Positions 12,790 to 20,010 of a stretch of DNA of 64,000 nt are shown one piece after another. A model generated the notes under the pieces. The model made no database searches. It saw nothing but the letters and a program-made list of their open reading frames with translations, and was not told where the DNA came from. A program made the translations under genes and the position numbers. How positions within the stretch are numbered: the stretch's first letter is position 1; every line of letters starts with the position of its first letter. The DNA lies in contig JANHCV010000005.1 of the NCBI GenBank assembly GCA_025594325.1, forward strand, positions 2,046,001 through 2,110,000, in the 5' to 3' direction. Source of the stretch: Blastocladiella emersonii ATCC 22665 (Eukaryota > Fungi > Blastocladiomycota).

Positions 12790-14805
12790 ATGAAATCGCA
12801 ACCTGGGCGTCTTCCTCAACGCGACAGGCACGGGTGGCCCGGCCGTAGAGGCCATGGGGGAGACGTTCGGGCGCGCGATGCTCTCGCTGCGAAACAAGGA
12901 GATCACGGCCAAGATGGCCGTGTACGTCATCAACGCGGTCGTCTGGCCTGCCATGGTGTACCGCTCTCGCAACTTTGTGCCCAAGCTCCGCCGCTTGCAG
13001 AAGTGGGACGCGTCCGCGCGTGCTCTCATTCGCAAGAAGCTGCATGTCGCGAGCGCCTTCCACGCGTCAGCGCTCCACCATCCCGCGATCCTCGCGCTTG
13101 CGTTCATCGAGGAGCAGGTCACCCGGTACCACATGAAGGCGGTCATCTCTTCTCTCAACCACTGCGATATCATGATCCGCACGGCAGTCCGCTGCTCGCT
13201 CTCAGCTTTGCAGACCTATCTCACGGTCCCTTGCTCGCCGCTTGCCGTCCCAACCAGCGAGCCGACTGCGGAGACTCCGTGCTACTTTGGCGGCTTGCTC
13301 GGGCGTATGCGCGTCCGGCGCCTCTCGATTGTCGATCTTAGCGGCCAATACACAATCGGCAACCCCGCCACGGACTTGCCGATACGCCAGCTGGTGCCCT
13401 GGGGGCAGATCCCTCCCACTATCCGCCACGCCATGCGTGCCTACTTCATCTCGGACGTCTCGCAGCGTACTCAGCATGGCAATATCACAGATGGCATCAA
13501 CGCACAGTGTGCTCTAGGTGCCGAGCAGCCGACGACGACGGAAGTCACTGGATGATCTGTACAGGTAACGCCGCGGCCGTGTCCGCTGCGCTGGGCTCTG
13601 CCCAAAAGTCTGTTGAGCGCTACGCTCGCCGCGCCGCTGCCTCTGTTGCCGCCGCCGCCGCCGCTACTGCCGTCGTCGCCTCCACTGCACGAGCACCAAA
13701 TGCGCCCACTCCACCTCCACCTTCACCTGCACCACCACCGCCTCTCTCCCCTATCCAAGGCGAGGACCTCAGCACGCCCGGCTACACCATGGTCGGCGAG
13801 CCCATTGCTGGCGCAACCGACGCCCTCCACAACTTTGGCACTCGACACGCAGCGTCTATCTGGCGCGACCCCGACGCCCTCTCCCGCCTCGCCGGCTGCG
13901 TTCTACGCGTCCGCGCGACGTGTCGTTCGGCTCGCGGGCCCTCCAACTCGACCGCGCCCTCACCCGGCCCGTCCTCGCGGCCATCACCTCCGTGGCCTCG
14001 CGCTCCCTCTGGTGACTCGGCTGGCTCCCCCATGCCGCTGGGTGCGCCGAGGTCGACCCGCTCAACTATTCCGACGCTCCGCCCCGCGAGGCGAGCGCAC
14101 GCGCCCGACGTCCATTTGGCCAACACAGGGCCACCCTCAAGTTCATCAACAAACACCACTTCTGCACGCGGTGCTTGCACTCGATGCATTCCCACGCCCC
14201 CAACCCCTCTGGGCGTGAAGAAGACCCGCCCGTGTGCCCGCCCACCACTGCGGCCCAGGCGGCTCTTGCTGCAGATCCCTCCGTCCGTCTTTGGCTGCTC
14301 GGCTCCCCAAGGCACATCCTGAAGTGACAAGTCCAAAGGAACCGCGTGGTCGTCGCTGAATCATGCCCATCGGCGCGTTGATTGACACAAAATAAAAGAA
14401 AAGAAACGAAAAGAACAGAAAAGACAAAACAGAAGAAGAAAAAGAAAAACTGACATTCCTCTCGAGCCACGGCCAAAGCCACAGTACTGCTACTGGCTTT
14501 CCGGCGTGCCCTCGCTCTCTCGCTGGCCAGCCCAGCATGTCGCCCTGCTCAATCTCGATTATTGTTCATTCGCTCCCTCTCTCGCTACTGCTCGTTTGAC
14601 GCTACTGGTCTGATTTGCTCCGTCCGTCTGCCCTATCTTCCCTCCTTCCCTCATTTCTTCCCCTTTGCTCCTCGACGTGCGTAGTCCAGGCCTTGCTGCA
14701 TTGCAGCTCGGCCAGAAAAGGCCGGCGCCTGTCGTACGGTGGATACTCTCCTTGCAGGTTACAACCGCTGTTAAAGAATAAATCAAAGGTTCCAAAAAAA
14801 GAAAA
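12790..14805 (+). mobile_element. Degenerate 5'-truncated non-LTR retrotransposon (LINE, copy A): RT motif 7/thumb, CCHC knuckle, C-terminus, 3' UTR, poly(A)
   Basis: RNLGVFLN (YLG-like RT motif, 12797) is followed by a thumb-like segment (EITAKMAVYVINAVVWPAMVYRS..LQKWDASARALIRKKL). A CSRC-x8-H-x3-C knuckle at ~13510 lies in another frame. The C-terminal ORF is frameshifted and has a stop but is homologous to copy B. AATAAA at 14777-14782, then GGTTCC-A7-GAAAA. The 5' boundary is uncertain (~12,690-12,790) and no TSD was found. Confidence 0.8.
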
Positions 14806-14806
14806 T

Positions 14807-15365
14807 GGTCAGGATTTGTTGGCCACCACCCGCCAATCCTGCGGCATGGCTGTGGGTGTCGCTGCATCCATCCGCCTTGGCGGGTGGGGGTGGGTGGTGT
14901 GGTGGTGGCGGGTGTGGGGGCGGCAGTGGTGGTAGTGGAGCTAGAGTGGTGTCGTAGGGCTGGTGGAATCAGTCCCCTCTCCTTCCTGTCTGGCCTAGGT
15001 GGGTGGGCGGACGTAGCGCGCATGCGGGCGGGCAAGGTAGGAACGTTGTTCATGCAATGGATCATGCATTCTATGGCATGTAATCTGCACGACAGAGAGG
15101 GAAGCGACTGTGCCGAATTTTGACCGAGGGACCTTACTGCAGGAAACGTCTAGCCCAATCTGACCCTCCACAAATCGCAACAAGCACGAAACAAATTAGC
15201 CGATGTTTGGGATGTACCAAACCGGCCACGTACATAATTGCCATGGTACTCAAACAAAACTATAATCAAATCTTTGACTTCACGCGTGTCCAGCTAGGCA
15301 GGCTCCTGTAAATCACATTGTCGATGCAAAAACATATCTGTCCATAAGAATATTGTAAACCAGTC
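14807..15365. repeat. Diverged relative of the macrosatellite host sequence, carrying an empty LINE-B target site
   Basis: Aligns by eye, with many substitutions and indels, to 17330-17648 joined to 18917 onward. The uninterrupted site ACCCTCCACAAATCGCA at 15163-15179 differs at 2 of 17 positions from the TSD. It includes one locus-specific 138-bp monomer at 15236. Confidence 0.85.
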
Positions 15366-15859
15366 ACTCTGGCAATTGTCATGGTACTCAAACAAAACCA
15401 TACTCAAATCTATGACTTCCCACATGTCCAGCAGGTTGGACACCCATAAATCACAGTATCAAACCAACAAAATATCAGACCACAGGAGTATATAAAACCG
15501 ACCACGTAGGTAATTGTCTTGGTACTCAAACAAAACCATATTCAAATCTTTCAATTCCCGCTTGTCCAGCTAGCCAGGGACCCATAAATCACAGGATCAC
15601 AGCAACAAAGTATCTGACAACAGAAATATGGTACACCAGCCACGTAGATAATTGTCATGGTACTCAAACAAAACCATACTCAAATCTTCGAGTGCCCCAT
15701 GTCCAGGTGGGCAAGGGCCTATAAATCACAGTATTGAACCAAGAAAATACCTGACGATCGGGATGTATCAAACCCGCCACGCTGATAATTGTCGTGGTAC
15801 TCAAACATAACCATACTCAGCCAAATCTTTGAATACCCTCACGTCCAGGTGGGCAAGGA
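15236..15859. repeat. 138-bp satellite array, flank version (1 locus-specific monomer + monomers 5-8)
   Basis: Monomer starts at 15236, 15374, 15512, 15650 and 15787. Confidence 0.92.
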
Positions 15860-15981
15860 ACCAAAGCGCCAGATATTCAAATCTACCGCTTTGTGCACAC
15901 TCCACTAGCCAACTCTTCGATCCACTAATTATGGAGCCCGTCGTCAAAGTACACTGTCCAATCAACTAAGTAAACAGCCAA

Positions 15982-16083
15982 CCTGCCAGCCTGCCAGCCT
16001 GCCAGCCTGCCAGCCTGCCAGCCTGCCAGCCTGCCAGCCTGCCAGCCTGCCAGCCTGCCAACCTGCCAACCTGCCAACCTGCC
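15982..16083. repeat. Octamer microsatellite (CCTGCCAG)n(CCTGCCAA)3, variable copy number, one per unit
   Basis: 9 G-type + 3 A-type octamers here. Other copies start at 20133 (12), 24285 (9), 28413 (27), 32684, 36835, 40986 (12 each), 45137 and 49248 (7 each), and 53359, 57510, 61661 (12 each). Confidence 0.97.
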
Positions 16084-16966
16084 GCCTTGCCTACCTGCTA
16101 TCCGAACACCCACACCGCCTCGCAAGTCATTGGGGGCCCGCGCTCTCTGGTTGCCGTCCCAGCCAACAAAGGAATGAATGATGAGCCCTGGCAGCCTGGC
16201 AGCCTGCCACACTGACAGCCTGACTGACAGCGCCCACCCAGTAGATATTATCTATCTCGTAGGTAGTCTGGGAGGACTTCGTTAGTCAATACACGACCAG
16301 TCTCCTCCTGGCTGCCGGCTCTGCTGTCCACTCCAAGTCCTGCATGATGATGGGCCAAGGAGGGTTCCGAGCAGCTCCTCTGTCTACCCGCGTGAAACCA
16401 CTCACCCGCTGACGGATGTATACCACGCACCGTGCAGCGCGCACAGCACACAGCGCCCGACGCACCACGCGGTGCGCACACGGCGCAAACGGCCACCCTG
16501 GTGTCACACACACTCGCATGAACGGCAGGCATGCAAGGCGTCCGTCCTCAACTCAACAATGATTTATCATCCAGGCTTACTACTCGCTCCAACGGGTGCG
16601 CCTGCCTGCCCTCCCAGTGCCGTTGATTGATTGATGGGTGCGCCAGCCCCTGTTGCCAGCCACGTGGCAAGCAACACCTCAGCACCTGCGTCGCCCTGGC
16701 CACCGTCCGTACCTTGCAAACAGCGTAGCAGCCGTACTGCTTCACAGGGCTGCAGAGGGCTGGCTGCGGAGGGCTGAGGCGGCAGGGCTCCTCCTGCAGG
16801 AAGGAGACAGTGCTGGGGCCAAGGAGTGCTAGGGACGACAAACTGAATGGTGAATGACCAGACCAACACACCACATGCTCCTGGCAGGAGTGCGTGTGGG
16901 CGTGCGGGCCCGTGTCCGTGCGTGCCTGTGTCTGTGCGTGCCTGGATTAGACCTCCATCACAAGCG

Positions 16967-17061
16967 CCAAGTGACCAAGTGACCAAGTGACAAAGTGACC
17001 AAGGTGACCAAGGTGACCAAGGTGACCAAGGTGACCAGGGTGACCAAGGTGACCAAGTGAC
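16967..17061. repeat. Mixed 8/9-mer minisatellite (CCAAG[G]TGA)x11, one per unit
   Basis: Four 8-mers, six 9-mers and one 8-mer, read directly. It looks identical in all 12 units. Confidence 0.95.
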
Positions 17062-17648
17062 ACACAAGCACCAAGCTAGGGTGGCCGGGCGGCCATGGAC
17101 CGTACTGCATGGGTACCATTACCGTGGACTGGCCGCGGCCATTTATTGCAGCACAGCCCTGCCTGGCTCAGGACGCGGCGGGCGTGGGAGGCGGGCAGGG
17201 TAGATAGGTAGCAGCAGCAGGACCTGGCTAGCTGGCTGTCAAACAACACGAGTGAAGGGGTGCGTGAGGGAGGGTGTGTTGAACGAATGGATGGGTGGAT
17301 GCAGGCAGACCTTCATACGTGTCGTGCGTGATGAGGATTGGTTGGCCACCATCCACCAACGCCATGGCATGGCTGCGGGTGTCGCTGCGTGCGCCTTGGC
17401 GGGTGGTGGTGTTGGTGGGTGGTGTTGGTGGGTGCTGTGGTGGTAGTGGAGCTAAAGTGGTGTTGTGGGGCTCCTGGGGTCCCCTTCCCTTCCTGTCTGG
17501 CCTAGGTGGGTGGGTGGGCGGACGTAGCGCGCATGCGGGCGGGCAAGGTAGGAACGTTGCTCACGCAATGGATCATGTATTTTATGGAACGTAGTCTGCA
17601 CAGCAGAGAGGGGGACGTCCGGCCCAATCGGACCCTCCACGAATCACA

Positions 17649-18900
17649 CCGCGCCGCCGCCTCTGTTGCCGCCGCGGCCGCCGCTAAACGACCAATCGAA
17701 TCTTCTACTACACCACCAACACCACCACCACCACCCGCTACGCTTTCTCCTGTCCATGGCGAGGACCTCAGCACTCCCGGCTACGCCATGGTCGGCGAGT
17801 CCGTTGCTGGCGCGACGCGGTCCCTTGCCTCGTTCGGCCGTCGCCTCCTCGCCTCCATCTGGCGCGACCCCGCCGCTCTGTCTCGCCTCGCCGGCTGCGT
17901 TGTACGCGCCCGCGACGTCGCCTTCGCCTCCCGCTCACTCCAACTCGACCGCGACCTCGCTCGACCCGTCCTCGCGGCCATCACGTCCGTCGCCTCCCGA
18001 TCCCTCTGGCGCGGCGCCTGGCTCTCTCACTCCGCTGGCTGCGCCGAGGCCGACCCACTCGATTCTTCTGAAGCTCCGCCGCGCGAGCCGCGTGAGCGGG
18101 CCCGCCGCCCATTTGGCCAGCCCATTGCCACACTCAAGTTCATCAACCGCCACCACTACTGCTCTCGCTGTCTGAGCTCGCTCCATTCCCACGTCCCCAA
18201 CCCGTCTGGGCGTGAAGAAGACCCGCCAGTGTGCCCGCCGTCCACCGCGGCCCAAGCGGCTCTTGTTGCAGATCCCTCCGTCCGACTTTGGCTGCTCGGT
18301 TCCCCAAGGCACATTCGGTGATGTGACTAGACCAAGGATCGGCGCAGTCGACGCAAGTCCAGTAGCACCAGGTGTTTGCGCGCGGTACTGACCCATCCAC
18401 TTTCTCTCGTTCTGACGACGATGAAACGCATGATCCGCCACTGAATGGCGCTGACGCACAAAAGAAAACGAAGGAGAAAAACAAAAAGAAAAGAAACGCA
18501 AAAAGAAGAATGTCCGCACAAAAAGATGGAAAAACATCTGACGAACCTCACAGGCCATGCCCAAGACCACAGCACTGCCACTGGTCCATTGGCATGTCCT
18601 CGCGCTCTAGTTGGTCACGCCAGCTTGTCTCTCTGCTCGGTCTCTCTTTACTGCGTTTCGTTCGCTCTCTTAGCTCGCTGCTCGAGCTCGCTCTCTCTTC
18701 GCCTCGTTCGCCCATCTCTCTCGTACTCCCCTCTCCTCCCACAATTCTTCCCCCTATGCTCCTCGACGTGCACGGTCCGGGCTTGTCGTACTGCGGCTTG
18801 CCCACAAAAGGGCTGCTGCCCGTTGCACAGTGGATATTCTGCTTGCAGTTCACAACCGCTGTTAAGGAATAAATGCATTGGTTCCAAAAAAAAAAAGAAA
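17649..18900 (+). mobile_element. 5'-truncated non-LTR retrotransposon (LINE copy B) with TSD and poly(A)
   Basis: Flanked by the direct repeat (A)CCCTCCACGAATCACA at 17632-17648 and 18900-18916. Homology to copy A begins exactly after the left TSD. The ORF is open to TGA at 18319-18321 and includes CSRC-x4-HxH..C. AATAAA at 18868-18873, A11 at 18886-18896, then GAAA. Confidence 0.9.
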
Positions 18901-18972
18901 CCCTCCACGAATCACAATATGCGCGCAATGAATTGACCGATGATATGGCCGTACCAAACCAGCCACGTAGAC

Positions 18973-20010
18973 AATTGTCATGGTAGTCGAACAAAACCAT
19001 ATTCAAATCTTGGACTACCCGCTTGTCCAGCTAGCCAGGGACCCATAAATCACAGTATCGACCCAACTAAATATTTGACAGCAGAAATATAGTAAACCAA
19101 CCTCGTACAAAATTGTCATGGTACTCAAACAAAACCATATTCAAAACCTTGACTTCCCGCATATCCAGCTGGCCAGGGACCCATAAATCACAGTATGGAA
19201 CCAACAAAGTATCTGACAACAGAAATATGGTAAAACAGCTACGCGGATAATTGTCATGGTACTCAATCAAAACCATACTCAAACCTTTGCTTTCCTGCAT
19301 GTCCAGCTGGCCACTGACCCATAAATCACAGTATCGGACCAAGAAAATATCTGACCATGGAAATATAGTATACCAGCCACCTAGGTAATTGTCATGGCAC
19401 TCAAACAAAACCATAGTCAAGTCTTTGACTATCCACATGTCCAGCTGATTGAGGACCCATGAATCGTAACGTCAAAGCAACAATATATCTCACCATGGAA
19501 GTAAAGTAAACCAGCCACTCTGGCAATTGTCATGGTACTCAAACAAAACCATACTCAAATCTATGACTTCCCACATGTCCAGCAGGTTGGACACCCATAA
19601 ATCACAGTATCAAACCAACAAAATATCAGACCACAGGAGTATATAAAAGCGACCACGTAGGTAATTGTCTTGGTACTCAAACAAAACCATATTCAAATCT
19701 TTCAATTCCCGCTTGTCCAGCTAGCCAGGGACCCATAAATCACAGGATCACAGCAACAAAGTATCTGACAACAGAAATATGGTACACCAGCCACGTAGAT
19801 AATTGTCATGGTACTCAAACAAAACCATACTCAAATCTTCGAGTGCCCCATGTCCAGGTGGGCAAGGGCCTATAAATCACAGTATTGAACCAAGAAAATA
19901 CCTGACGATCGGGATGTATCAAACCCGCCACGCTGATAATTGTCGTGGTACTCAAACATAACCATACTCAGCCAAATCTTTGAATACCCTCACGTCCAGG
20001 TGGGCAAGGA
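18973..20010. repeat. 138-bp satellite, 8-monomer higher-order array
   Basis: Monomer starts at 18973, 19111, 19249, 19387, 19525, 19663, 19801 and 19938 (six 138-bp steps, then 137; the 8th is partial). Conserved box AATTGTCATGGTACTCAAACAAAACCAT. Monomers 2 and 3 differ at 25 of 138 positions by hand count; monomer 2 is ~41% GC. Confidence 0.96.

Noticed and set aside
15925-17067. ORFs with GRLAGWQA and SPW repeats
   Set aside because: These are translations of the octamer and nonamer microsatellites; length changes of 40 or 120 bp track repeat slippage, not a protein.
18405-18445. Hammerhead ribozyme core (CTGACGA 18412-18418, GAAA 18423-18426) in the LINE 3' UTR
   Set aside because: There is no room for stem II, no GUH cleavage triplet pairing with GAAAC, and no stem I complement. 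Other CTGACGA sites lack a downstream GAAA.
17935-19006. Short ORFs over the LINE 3' UTR in both orientations (Lys/Arg-rich or Phe-rich)
   Set aside because: They arise from the A-rich and CT-rich UTR tracts, are not conserved in frame with copy A, and are altered by 1-bp poly(A) changes between units.
19067-19438. 46-aa repeat protein on the - strand (MVLFEYHDN..YCDLWV..LDM)
   Set aside because: Monomers 1, 4 and 5 have in-frame stops, monomer 7 has a 1-bp deletion, and substitutions fall at all codon positions. The + frames also contain stops.
18973-20010. CRISPR-like or TIGR-like guide array (conserved ~28-35-nt repeat with a small hairpin at a fixed period)
   Set aside because: The would-be spacers are homologous to each other (monomers ~80% identical over their full length) and are copied unchanged between units. 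There are no cas or Nop-domain genes, no box C in the monomer, and the context is eukaryotic.
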